A stretch of 64,000 nucleotides of DNA. Origin: Naegleria gruberi. Its lineage: Eukaryota. The stretch lies in the NCBI GenBank assembly GCA_000004985.1, contig GG738918.1; one strand, given 5' to 3'. A model generated the notes under the pieces. The model ran no database searches, had not been told where the DNA came from, and saw nothing but the letters and a program-made list of their open reading frames with translations. Below, in pieces: positions 31,050 through 41,525 of this stretch. Position numbers and translations under genes: made by a program. The first letter of the stretch is position 1; each line of letters starts with the position of its first letter.

Positions 31050-33503
31050 TTATTTAAAGAGTTTTAATACCGTTTTGAATGTTCTTGTTTGATTCTCATT
31101 AAATATTTTGAGGTTTTGTTTCTTTTTCAGCATGTCATTAATAACGTTTGAATCTTTGTAAACTTTGTGAGGTTTTACAACTTCAGTTTGAACTTTGATA
31201 TTTTTCAGTAGATGGTTAGGACGGTTAGGATTGAGGAAACTATAATTTGGAAGAATGTCCTTGGCAGGTAGTGAATTTAATTGATTTTGAGGGAATTTGG
31301 TAAGAGTCATTTTGGTGGTTTCTTGATGTTGGAGGAAGAAGGAATAATCATCCTTATTTGGAACTGCTTCCAATTTTTCTGAAATAGCAGAACGAATCCT
31401 TTTCAATGTATCTTCTTTTAACCAGTTTGAAAGAACATGAATAAAATCTTCACGATGATCAAATAAGTGTTGAACTGGAGAATTTTCAAATACTTGTCTA
31501 ACCTCAGGTATTGGAACAATATACTTGTGTCTATGTGAAATAGATGATGAAATCTAATATTGACAATCTACTTACTTTGCAGAAACACATGAAGATACAC
31601 AAAATTCTAGTGGATTCAAAATGAAATTATCAGAAGCTGGCACATTAATTGTCAAGAATGAATCTGGTTTACCTTCCACTTCCTTCTCACAATATAAAAC
31701 TAATTCATCAATTGATGGAATTGATTTAGGTTTGTAATATTGTGAATATCCCAAATTCTTTCCCTGAATATAACTCATAAACCAGGCACACATCACCAAA
31801 TAATCCTTCACAATTGGTTGATAGGATACTTCTGCAATCTTTTGTTGGAGTTTCCTTATTGAATTTGCATACTTTTCAATTTGTTCCTGATAGAAAAATG
31901 ATAAAAACTCATTAAATTGTTCTCTAGTCTCAAAAAGTCCAGTTTTAACTTTGGCTTCTCTGTGAAGTTCTCCATAATCAAAATTTAAGAAAATATTCTT
32001 GAATGCATTATTGAAAGCATCCTTCTTTGATTTACCTCTTGCTGTTGTAATGTAGGATTCTCCAATTTTGACCACGACTTGGAAATGTGGTTTTGGTTCT
32101 GCATCAATAATTTCATATTCCTCACATAGAAATTCTCTCTTTCCAAGATTTAATAAGGTAATAAGAAATACCATTGCTTCCTTTGTTGGAATATTATCAA
32201 TGTTAATCTTTGGAAATCCATTTTCCATTTCAGCTTTCTTCTTTGAATTGGATGTTTCAGTATCTTCATTTTCACCTTGCTTGAAATCCTTAATATAATC
32301 AGAATATAATGAAGATAGGAACTTGACATTGATTTTCATTTCACTTGGCTGTTTCAAATCATAATGTATTAAATACTCTCTATTTTCTGAATACTTTTGG
32401 TGAGCAATATATCTATCCATAAATAATTTAATATCAAATCTTCTCGGTTTAGAAATATAATCATTTCCACATAGAATAAATAAAAAGGTCATATCTGTAA
32501 TAATTCTCGATAAATCTTCATCTGATTTAGTTCTACATCGACGAGCAATTTGTTCCTTTAGTTTGGTAACATCATATAATTGATAAAAACCAGGCATATC
32601 TTTCACAAGAGTAATATGTCTATTGCGTGGTAAATTGAGAGCATATAAAACAAAATCTGAATCTCCAGAAACAATCAAATCTCTCTTCTCCTCCTTTTTG
32701 TGATTGTTTTTCTCTGATGAATAAATATGTTCAAGGATTTTAAACTCTCCCTCACCTTCTCTCCCAGCAGGTGAATGATAGAATGCAAGATTATTATTAA
32801 AAGTAGGATTTGTTAGCACCAATGCACCCAATTGCCAAATAACTAGTGAAACTTCTTGCATTAAATTTGTTCCTGGAACAAACCAAACAGAACTAATTGC
32901 CTTCTTTTCATTTCTTTCATTAATTACATTTTTCTGAATGAGTTTCAGGTAAATCTTTTGCACTTCAGTGAGAACAATCTCTTCATCCATATCTGATAAA
33001 TTAATAAATGAAACAAACGTATTTCCAGTATTTGTCATTGCACTATTCAAATATCTTCTAACTTTTTGTGTAATTAATTTACTTCTAGGTGCAGGACCAT
33101 CCACAGAAAAGAATAAACTTTCTCTAGCATCAAAATGATTCAAATATCTCATTACTCCCTCCAAAACAACAGAATGAAAAACCATTCTAGTATCTTGTGG
33201 AATTTCTTCATCTTCTCCTTCTATCTTTGTACCATTATCCTTTTCTGTTGTTGAATCTTGTTCCAAAATTGATTCCTTTCCTTGATTCATTACATTTTGA
33301 TGGTATTTCATCCTATTCATTATCTTTCTAGAACCATGTGTTGATTTATACAGCAGAGTATTAAAATCAAAATAAATATTATCATAAACATCCTCTGGTT
33401 TAATTGAATTATTCCTCCTCGTATTATTTAATTCATCTTTTGTGATGATGAAAGATTCTCCGAAGAGAATTGATAAAGTTTTGTAGAATGAATTAATTCC
33501 CAT
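31050..33503 (-). CDS. XRN-family 5'-3' exoribonuclease homologue with a C-terminal double-stranded-RNA-binding motif
   Basis: Exons 31576..33503 and 31050..31530 join in frame through a 45-nt intron (31531..31575, 'gtaagtagattg...tttcacatag'). XRN N-terminal motifs: 'MGINSFYKTL', 'NIYFDFNTLLYKSTH', 'LFFSVDGPAPRSKLITQKVRR', 'REGEGEFKILEHI', 'LIVSGDSDFVLYAL', 'FILCGNDYISK'. dsRBM: 'PKPHFQVVVKIGESYITTARGKSKKDAFNNAFKNIFL'. Confidence 0.75.
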
Positions 33504-33715
33504 TGTTGTTTGTTTTTCAAAAATTTATTCTCAAAAGATTCAAATTGTTTCTACAGTAGAATCGGAAATTGATTGGATTTTAAAAACAATCAATTTCTTC
33601 AATGTGTTTGAATTAAAACAATTTTTTTTAAAATTTAAAATTTTACAAATTAATTTAATAAATACAGAGTGTGGTGTGATTGTTGTACAGCAAAGAAATA
33701 TAATGGTGTGTTAAA

Positions 33716-35071
33716 TTAATCGTTGAATTGAACAATAATATTAACACCACGATCGGCAATAACTTCAGTATCAGTAGCATAAAGTTCAGTTCCTGTATGG
33801 AATAATTCCTTGACCTTCTTCTTCAAGTTTGGTTCAGTCATTTGTCTGAGAGTTGCAGGTTTAGTCAAATACAAAGTTTGGTCACTAGTCAAATTACGTA
33901 ATGAAGCATTGTTGAATTGAATTGACTTGTCGGTTCTCAAAATATCTCTAAATTCATCCAAAGTAATATCTGATGAACAAGTAATTGTCTTTGAAACACC
34001 AGCAGGACCACATTGCAAACAATCTGGCTTTCTTTCATTCTTATAAGTGAATGTATAAATACCTTCACTTCCGTTAAACATCATGTAATCATCCAAGAAT
34101 GGAGTACAGAAAGTAGCCAATTTGAATGCTTCATTTGTACATGATGAAGCAATAATAGCATTGGTGGAGGCAATAGCAGGAATGATACCCTTGATGACAC
34201 CTTGTGTTAAACGGAATGTAACACCAGCAATACCAAAGTTCTTGGCACGTTCCAAAGACTTTTCATAGATCCATTGAACGTGTCTTGGATTATCACCATC
34301 AACTTGTTCATCATCAGGAATACCTTCCTTTCCTTTACAATTACGCCATTCTTCAATATAACAATATTGAATACAATGTTCAGGAAGACGTGGAGTTGTC
34401 TTTAAAGTACACATTGGATAATTTGTTTCATCAGTAGGGAATAAATCCAAAGTACATTCATAACAAGATGTAACACCTGGCAAGATAACTCTAGATTGTC
34501 CTTTAAAGCCTTCAGTACCACCATCAACCAAGGAAATCATGGAACTCATATCAACTTCAGTCTTTTCATCATCAACATATTGAATCAAAGAGAGGAGAGT
34601 ACTATTGATCCAACGACGAGCTGGAATAGAATCCAAACCAGCAATAATAATTCCAAATGATCTATAGAAATCAACAGACTTTTCTTGGATTGCACAAATG
34701 TGTGCTGTAACTTTAACACCTGGCACTCTTTCATTGACAAATCGAGCAGCAACTTCAGCCTTCATCTTACCAACATCACCATCACGGAACAAAAATTGTC
34801 TATTCAAATTACTTGTACTGATGGTATCCATATCAATGATATCAATATTACGGAAGCCACTCATTGCCAAATTCTTCACCAAATCGCAACCAAGACCACC
34901 AGCTCCAATAATTAAAACTTTGCAAGAATCTTGTAAAAATTGTTTAGTTTCATCACCAGCTTGGAAATCTGCTGGAGCAAATGGACCTGATCTCTTCAAA
35001 ATATAATCAAGATCTTTCCATCTTTCTGCTTCAATTTCAGGAGGGAATGATGTATCTACAACGCTGGCCAT
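33716..35071 (-). CDS. UBA3: NEDD8-activating enzyme E1 catalytic subunit (UBA3/UBE1C)
   Basis: 'CKVLIIGAGGLGCDLVKNLAMSGFRNIDIIDMDTISTSNLNRQFLFR' (ThiF/E1 adenylation fold). Catalytic-Cys region 'YPMCTLKTTPRLPEHCIQY' matches the UBA3 sequence 'PMCTIASMPRLPEHCIEY'. The start at 35071 ('aaaaaaaaATGgcc') is preferred over the upstream in-frame ATG at 35173. Confidence 0.9.
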   Translation of the reverse strand: MASVVDTSFPPEIEAERWKDLDYILKRSGPFAPADFQAGDETKQFLQDSCKVLIIGAGGLGCDLVKNLAMSGFRNIDIIDMDTISTSNLNRQFLFRDGDVGKMKAEVAARFVNERVPGVKVTAHICAIQEKSVDFYRSFGIIIAGLDSIPARRWINSTLLSLIQYVDDEKTEVDMSSMISLVDGGTEGFKGQSRVILPGVTSCYECTLDLFPTDETNYPMCTLKTTPRLPEHCIQYCYIEEWRNCKGKEGIPDDEQVDGDNPRHVQWIYEKSLERAKNFGIAGVTFRLTQGVIKGIIPAIASTNAIIASSCTNEAFKLATFCTPFLDDYMMFNGSEGIYTFTYKNERKPDCLQCGPAGVSKTITCSSDITLDEFRDILRTDKSIQFNNASLRNLTSDQTLYLTKPATLRQMTEPNLKKKVKELFHTGTELYATDTEVIADRGVNIIVQFND

Positions 35072-36444
35072 TTTTTTTCTATGTATTGAATTGATCAAAC
35101 TTGCAGAGAACTTGAGTTTATTTTTAAATCCAAAGTTGCTGCTTTGAAAGGCTTGGGATGAACTCAACAACATTGAGAAATATTGTTGAACACAAGTGAA
35201 ACAATTTACAATGAATGATAGAGAGAGTTGGGGTTTTGAATTTGAATTTGTAATGGTGTGAATTTTTAAAAGAGATGATCAACTTTTGAAGTTATTGCCA
35301 ACAACATATTGTAGTTTTCCAGAAACCATGACATAAATTTTTTCACCTCAACACCGATCATTTTTCCATCTCATCCATGTTGATCGATTAAAATCCATCT
35401 ATTCAATCTGTTTTTTGATCAATCTATCAAACAATCGATCATGATTAATCAACAATTTCAATCATATTGAATAAAGACTTGATGTTATTTGAAAAGGCTC
35501 AATTTTCAACTAATTATCAAAAGATGTTGTTTGATTTCTTGTGATGTTTCAAAATAAAGAACTTTAAAACACAAAAAGTTGTTTTTCCAAGTTGCTTAAA
35601 ATCATGTTAGAAGCCAATCTCCTCCGATGTGGCATTTGAATATAAATTTCTTATAATCCTTTCTGAGCTCAATGACAGAGGGTTGCTCCCTTTTTCCAAG
35701 AATATGTCAAGTGCTCACTCTTGATTTTAATTTGGGATATGGATATTGCAATATTACATAAGAGTGTTGGTTCTTGGTTAATGATTGCTTACACAAGTTT
35801 GGACGTTGTTGCTCCTGAACATGTGGTTTTGTTCAAAGAACACCTTATCAAATTTGCTTTCATTCTCTCCCTTTGTCATTAATTAAGGCAGTGAATACTG
35901 GAAACCTTTTTTCAAGTGTTGTATTTATCATGTCAAGTTCTTGAGAAACTCGATTGATGTAGTAGAAGATCCACTAGTAATTCAGTAAGATACAAATCTA
36001 TCTAAGTTGTAACCCAGCATTTCTTCGAAAATGTCGAATTCATTGTAAAGAAATTAAAACATTCAAACTTAATGAATCGTTCACGATACCACCCCCACTT
36101 GATATGGAATTAAGTAATACCAATAAGGTGATTTTCAAGACACTCTATACTGACATCCAACCAAGGGTTGATTTAAAATGAAAAAAGGAGCAATTTGGAG
36201 AAGCCATTTCCAAGCTTAGTGATATAATTTAATTAAGGGAGAATGAAATCTGTGACTCTAAAAATAATTGAAAAACCAAAAAACAACTCTCAAAAAGGCA
36301 AGAAAAAAATCAAACCTGAACTGGAAGAACAAAAGAAATCATCAAAATCAAAGTCTCAAGCTCAGTTCAATGAGGATTTCGAGATATCTGATGAAAACAT
36401 TGATAGATCGATCGATTGATCGATCAATTAATTGATAAAATTCT

Positions 36445-38961
36445 ATGTTTCATCCATTCAATCGATCATTTTCCATCTCGATCAATCATCGATGGGTAAA
36501 AAAAATCCATCTAAAAATTTATGTCATGGTTTCTCCAAGATCAAAAAAAATGCCAAGATCATCCACTCCAACCAAAAGGAAAACCATTCAACAGCCATTA
36601 ATATTTCAACCCACTTTGAAGAAAACTAAATCATCCGAAACAACGTTGAATTCTCCTATTACTATTAGTGATGATGGTGAGAATGAGGATTTATTGTTAT
36701 CAGCTGATGGAGATCAAGCACATGATGATGATATTGAAATATCAACAGAGACTGTTTCGGATTCATCAAGCAAATATTCAATTATTAGAACACCTATTAA
36801 TGATTCATCGACAGTGGATGAATTGGGATTGGAAAGTGTTGAAGCTCATGAACTTCAACAATATTTCAATGCTGAGAAATATTTAGCTAAAGAAAAAGGT
36901 AAATGTAAAAAGATTTATTGCATAGATAGAGGATCTTCATTTACAAAGGGTAACAAGTTTGATATTTTAGAAAAGAGAGTCAAACCAACTATATTAAAAT
37001 TTGGACATAAGGAAAAGACACAATTTTTACCTTCTCAAACATTTTACAATTTACAAAAAGGTCAAGTGAAGATGGGTAAATTTGAGGTTAGTAATGAATG
37101 GGAAGAATTGGAAAATTTGAAAAAGATATTCATGGTGAGTGAGTTATTGGAAATTGGATTAAAATCTGAGAAGAAGAAACTTAGAGTATCTCACATTATT
37201 TATTTAATGATTAGAGATTTAATATCTCAATTATTAACAACTAAAAAACAAGATTCTAATTATTTGGAAGGTATTGGTGCATGGATATTTACATGTCCAT
37301 CAGGAACAAGTGTATTTACTAAATTAATATTTAGAAATTGTATATTTAAAGCATATAATAGTTTAAACATTAATGAAAATAATCCATTACAAATAGATGA
37401 CATATATGTTATTGAGGAATGTACATTATTGAAATATTTTGCCAACAATCAAGAAAAAACATCTACAATGTTTGTTGATTTGGGTCATTTAACACTTGAT
37501 GTCGTTGTGATGGATTTAATTGATGGTGAATATATTGTAACATTTAAAAATGGTGAATCTAGTGGAATGTCACTCATACATCAATTATTAAAAGATAATG
37601 GATTAGATTCAATTAAGGAAATGGAAAATTTATTTGATAATTATCATGATTCTAATGAATTACCACCATCTTTATTACCTCTTAAAAATCAAATTGATGA
37701 AACATTGAAAACTATTACAAAACCTCTATGTATGATGATATTACAAAAGCAAGTAGATTCTATTCACTTTTCAGGTGCTATTACACGAGTTGCTTATTTT
37801 CAAAGAAAATTACAAGAAAATATTAGTTATGTACGTTTACAAAATATTAAGAATGAGCTACTTCCATATTTAAAAGAAGAATTCAAGAATAGAGATATAC
37901 CTATTATTGAATTTTTATGTGAAACTACAGGTGAAAGTGCTTTACTATCAGGTGCAGAAGAAATGATTAATTGTTCTTTAATGAAAATTTCACAAAATGA
38001 ACTCGATTGTAATGTTCCAATTATATTTAAGGAGAAATCTATTAGTGAACAAGTACTTAGTGAACCCTCAATATCATCAATACCAGAAATGAATGAACAA
38101 ACACTACCAACTACTATTGATTGTTTATTATCATCTATTAGTTATAATGACAGTAATAATATTGAGCAGTATGTACCTGCCATGCTATTTGACCATTGCA
38201 ATAGTGGAAGGGTCGAAAAAAAAATGTTATTGGGAAATGTTTTACTAGACATGAATATTAAACAAGATACTGAAATATTTTTAATCAAGTTTAGTCCACT
38301 CATTGATACTAAATTAATATCAACTATTGATTATGAAAATTTTGAAAAAGTGGGAATTATTGAATTCATTAGATTTACCAATTTAATCATTTGTTTTGAT
38401 TGTAATCACATTAAAACTACTACCAATTTACACTTTTATATGAAGTTGGATTTGGAAGATGATTTCTTATTAGTTAGAATTTATTATACTAAAGGTAAAT
38501 CCTTTTTTAAAACTATTACACGAATTGAAAGAAAAGGAAGAAATGAAAGAATTTCCATTAATGATTCTGCTCAACTAATTTTTAAAACAAAAGAAGATGA
38601 AGTAAGAACATGGTATGGTGTATATTATGATACTTTGAGTATTGTATCCAGTTTTTCAAGTATTTCCATTAAATATGCAGAATTAGAAAACGAAATTGGA
38701 GTTGAAAAAGCAAAGGGATTACATGTTGGTAGCAAGCAGCTATCTATTCCAAGTATTGGATCAAAAGATAAGGAATTTGTAAGAAAACACCTTTCTAAAT
38801 GTTCTGTTTGTCAATGCGAAATTAAGAAGGTGCATGCTTGTATTTCTTATAACAAACTACCAATATTTAGAAAAGTATTTGATGATAATTCCATTAATCT
38901 TGGAAATTGTTGTAGTCCTTGTTATAGAATCTATAATGATTTAAAAAAGGAAGAAAAATAG
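36445..38961 (+). CDS. Hsp70/actin-fold (ASKHA) ATPase-like protein with degenerate nucleotide-binding motifs and a C-terminal Cys cluster
   Basis: 838-codon ORF with alternative ATGs at 36526 and 36550; the last has the A-run context. Collinear Hsp70-like blocks: 'IYCIDRGSSFTKG' (phosphate 1), 'GAWIFTCPSGTSVFTKLIFRNCIFKA', 'IYVIEECTLLKYF', 'MFVDLGHLTLDVVVMDLIDGEYIV' (phosphate 2), 'IHFSGAITRVAYFQRKLQE'. C-terminus: 'CSVCQCEIKKVHAC...NCCSPCYRIY'. Confidence 0.6.
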   Translation: MFHPFNRSFSISINHRWVKKIHLKIYVMVSPRSKKMPRSSTPTKRKTIQQPLIFQPTLKKTKSSETTLNSPITISDDGENEDLLLSADGDQAHDDDIEISTETVSDSSSKYSIIRTPINDSSTVDELGLESVEAHELQQYFNAEKYLAKEKGKCKKIYCIDRGSSFTKGNKFDILEKRVKPTILKFGHKEKTQFLPSQTFYNLQKGQVKMGKFEVSNEWEELENLKKIFMVSELLEIGLKSEKKKLRVSHIIYLMIRDLISQLLTTKKQDSNYLEGIGAWIFTCPSGTSVFTKLIFRNCIFKAYNSLNINENNPLQIDDIYVIEECTLLKYFANNQEKTSTMFVDLGHLTLDVVVMDLIDGEYIVTFKNGESSGMSLIHQLLKDNGLDSIKEMENLFDNYHDSNELPPSLLPLKNQIDETLKTITKPLCMMILQKQVDSIHFSGAITRVAYFQRKLQENISYVRLQNIKNELLPYLKEEFKNRDIPIIEFLCETTGESALLSGAEEMINCSLMKISQNELDCNVPIIFKEKSISEQVLSEPSISSIPEMNEQTLPTTIDCLLSSISYNDSNNIEQYVPAMLFDHCNSGRVEKKMLLGNVLLDMNIKQDTEIFLIKFSPLIDTKLISTIDYENFEKVGIIEFIRFTNLIICFDCNHIKTTTNLHFYMKLDLEDDFLLVRIYYTKGKSFFKTITRIERKGRNERISINDSAQLIFKTKEDEVRTWYGVYYDTLSIVSSFSSISIKYAELENEIGVEKAKGLHVGSKQLSIPSIGSKDKEFVRKHLSKCSVCQCEIKKVHACISYNKLPIFRKVFDDNSINLGNCCSPCYRIYNDLKKEEK

Positions 38962-39074
38962 TAAATGAATTTATTTCTTTTTCACTTTCTAATAACTTCA
39001 TAGTGTGGATGATTTCAGAATTAAAAATCAATATCAGACTTGGCATTAAGAATGGTTTTGACAAAAAACAATTC

Positions 39075-41525
39075 TCAATTTCCAGACAGGTTGTTAATGT
39101 GATTCTTATAGATAGAGATTAGTTCTAAAACTTGTCTAACTTCTTGGAAGTTGATAGTGTTGTGAGTAGTTGATGGATTTTCACGATTACTAAATGAGAG
39201 ATTTCTCCAATAATTTGCAACATTAACATCTGCACAATTTTGTTCCTTTCTAAACTTTTTCAAATTATAGAAGAGTCCAACAAGATTCCCTCTAAGGTAT
39301 TTCTTTGCAGTCTCATTGAATTGTTTGATATCTTGTTCAATAGATAAAAGTTGCTCATTGTAAAAAATGTTGATGGATTGGCAGAGTTCTATGTATATAT
39401 TTTTGAATTGTGAAAATGGTTTGGTGAAGAGGGGATTGAGATTGTTCACTAAATGATCTTCATTCACTTGATTAGAGAATTTACTTTGCATGATGGATGA
39501 AACTATTCTTGTATCATTATATTTTGATGAGGTCAACTCGTATGGAGGATTTTCTAGAACATACTTGTCCAGTTTTGAGACTAAATAATTGACATTACAC
39601 AATCTGAGAGAGGGAATATTTGAGTGAAGAGATGACTTCAATATAAAACATTTGTATGGTTGTTTGAAATTGACAAACTCTAGTCCTTCATATTCGAGGG
39701 GTGAGAACTTTTCAAAATCATTCACAAAATCCTGAAGGTCCAAAAATCCTATATCTGAATATGATTTAACAAAGTCGTTCCAATTATATTTTGTAGAAAA
39801 ATCAATCCAATTTTCATATTCCATCATAGATTCTAGATTTCTACTCCCACAATAAATAATTCTATTACTATTTTTCTGATAAATGAAGAAAAAGTTCAAC
39901 ATTTGATCTTCATGGGATGGATACTTCATTCCAATTCTTTCAAACAGATTTTCAAATTCCTGTTCAGTTTGACTCATATCAAAATTCTTGAGAATCCATT
40001 TGGAAATCCAATTGTCCTTTTCATCATCAAAGACAAACCTCCACTCACCAGAATAAAAGAAAAGCGAACACCTTATCCCAACTGGCCTTTCTAGAATTTG
40101 AATTGAGCTCATGTCAATATCTGAAAAATAGTCACTACCAACTTTTTCTAGTATGAAATTATAATCCATAGCATAGAATCTAGGAACACATACAGGAGTG
40201 TAAACTATCTTTCCATTATCATCAATATTATAAGATAGTACTGTTCCATTACATTCCAAGTAGGACCTACATTCTAAGAAAAGTTTACACAATTCTAAGG
40301 AAATATATTCCATATCACAATCTATCTTGAATAGTTGAGAACTATTAGGATTAAGATGCTCCTCTTTGGATCTAATAATTGGTGTCACATTCACTGAAAG
40401 TAATCTCATCAAGCTGTATGGACCGTATTTGTAGTGGTGTGAAAAGTCTAGTTCATAATTATGCTCTACAACCATTATTAATTCACTAAACAGTGGATTA
40501 TCCTTTTCAAAGCCTGAAGAATATGTATTCAGGAAGTTTTGAATACCCAATGAACTATTGCTTTCTGAGTTTTTACATTTGAAAAGGGCATCTTTGATAA
40601 TATTCTTCAGATCATCTTTTAATTGTTCCTTCCATGTCTTATAGAGTGCATCACTAATTTGTTTATACTCATTCCAAGAACTAAATGAATCAGTATGAAA
40701 TACAATGCTGTCATAGAGTTTGTTAGTTTCGGTATAATCATATATAATACCTGAATTAACAAATTGATAAGCATATTTCGAGTATCTAATACCATGAGCT
40801 AGGTTTTTCTTCACCTTCTTTAGAGTACTTTTCCTTTCACTTTCATCCTTGCAAAGTTTGTTCTCCAAAACATTCCAAAATCTAAATGCCTTATTAAAGC
40901 AATGATGAAGCTCGTGAAGGAATGAATTTTTAGTTCTAGAAATTCTCAAAAACCACAAACTCCAATGATGCCTCCATAATTTCATCTTTTCATCCTCAAA
41001 CAGAACAAATGATGAATTTGGTTGCAGAACAGATAGCATGAATATTGGCAATTGTAAATAAACATGGTCCACAAAGAATGAAGTTTCCATAATGTGCACT
41101 TCCATATCGTATTCCTTCTCTTCTAATTTACCCTCCTCATCATCACAATTACACTTAATAGAGCTTTTCAATAAATATTGTAAATTATTAGAATATCTCG
41201 TTTCATAATCAATACAATGAGAGTAAAAATCATCAACAATCATTATTAAATCAAAATCAGAATCGTTTACATTGGTTTTTGAAACTCTTGATCCGAACAC
41301 GTAAATTCCTCTAATCGAATCATCACGATATAAAACCTTGTCCTTCAACAAGCCTTCTTCAGAAATTGTAATAAAATTGCGAATATGATAAATTAATTCA
41401 TCACTTGAGAAGGGAAATTTAAATTGATTTTCATGGAAATGATGTGATTGCCAATATTGACTCGGTCCAGTACTCTCTTTATCATAACGGAAATTATTAA
41501 TGGTGCATTTTGGAAATTGTTGCAT
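39075..41525 (-). CDS. Pol-beta-superfamily nucleotidyltransferase-domain protein with a large C-terminal region containing ligase-like motifs
   Basis: 816-codon ORF with an A-run before the ATG at 41525. NTase signature 'VFGSRVSKTNVNDSDFDLIMIV' (GS-x9-SDxD). The C-terminal half has 'ILERPVGIRCSLFFYSGEWRF', 'RIIYCGSRN' and 'YEGLEFVNFKQPYKCFILKS', which resemble covalent nucleotidyltransferase motifs I, IIIa and IV/V. Confidence 0.6.
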   Translation of the reverse strand: MQQFPKCTINNFRYDKESTGPSQYWQSHHFHENQFKFPFSSDELIYHIRNFITISEEGLLKDKVLYRDDSIRGIYVFGSRVSKTNVNDSDFDLIMIVDDFYSHCIDYETRYSNNLQYLLKSSIKCNCDDEEGKLEEKEYDMEVHIMETSFFVDHVYLQLPIFMLSVLQPNSSFVLFEDEKMKLWRHHWSLWFLRISRTKNSFLHELHHCFNKAFRFWNVLENKLCKDESERKSTLKKVKKNLAHGIRYSKYAYQFVNSGIIYDYTETNKLYDSIVFHTDSFSSWNEYKQISDALYKTWKEQLKDDLKNIIKDALFKCKNSESNSSLGIQNFLNTYSSGFEKDNPLFSELIMVVEHNYELDFSHHYKYGPYSLMRLLSVNVTPIIRSKEEHLNPNSSQLFKIDCDMEYISLELCKLFLECRSYLECNGTVLSYNIDDNGKIVYTPVCVPRFYAMDYNFILEKVGSDYFSDIDMSSIQILERPVGIRCSLFFYSGEWRFVFDDEKDNWISKWILKNFDMSQTEQEFENLFERIGMKYPSHEDQMLNFFFIYQKNSNRIIYCGSRNLESMMEYENWIDFSTKYNWNDFVKSYSDIGFLDLQDFVNDFEKFSPLEYEGLEFVNFKQPYKCFILKSSLHSNIPSLRLCNVNYLVSKLDKYVLENPPYELTSSKYNDTRIVSSIMQSKFSNQVNEDHLVNNLNPLFTKPFSQFKNIYIELCQSINIFYNEQLLSIEQDIKQFNETAKKYLRGNLVGLFYNLKKFRKEQNCADVNVANYWRNLSFSNRENPSTTHNTINFQEVRQVLELISIYKNHINNLSGN

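Noticed and set aside
35863-36248. Short inverted match 'ttcattctctccctt' (35863..) versus 'aagggagaatgaaa' (36235..).
   Set aside because: Only 13 of 15 bases match and the arms are ~360 bp apart, which is compatible with chance. It is kept only as context for the ORF-free spacer finding.
36243-36419. 58-codon ORF encoding a basic peptide ('MKSVTLKIIEKPKNNSQKGKKKIKPELEEQKK...') just upstream of the Hsp70-like gene.
   Set aside because: It is below a meaningful length threshold in A-rich sequence, where Lys codons are abundant. It has no A-run start context and no donor site linking it to the downstream gene.
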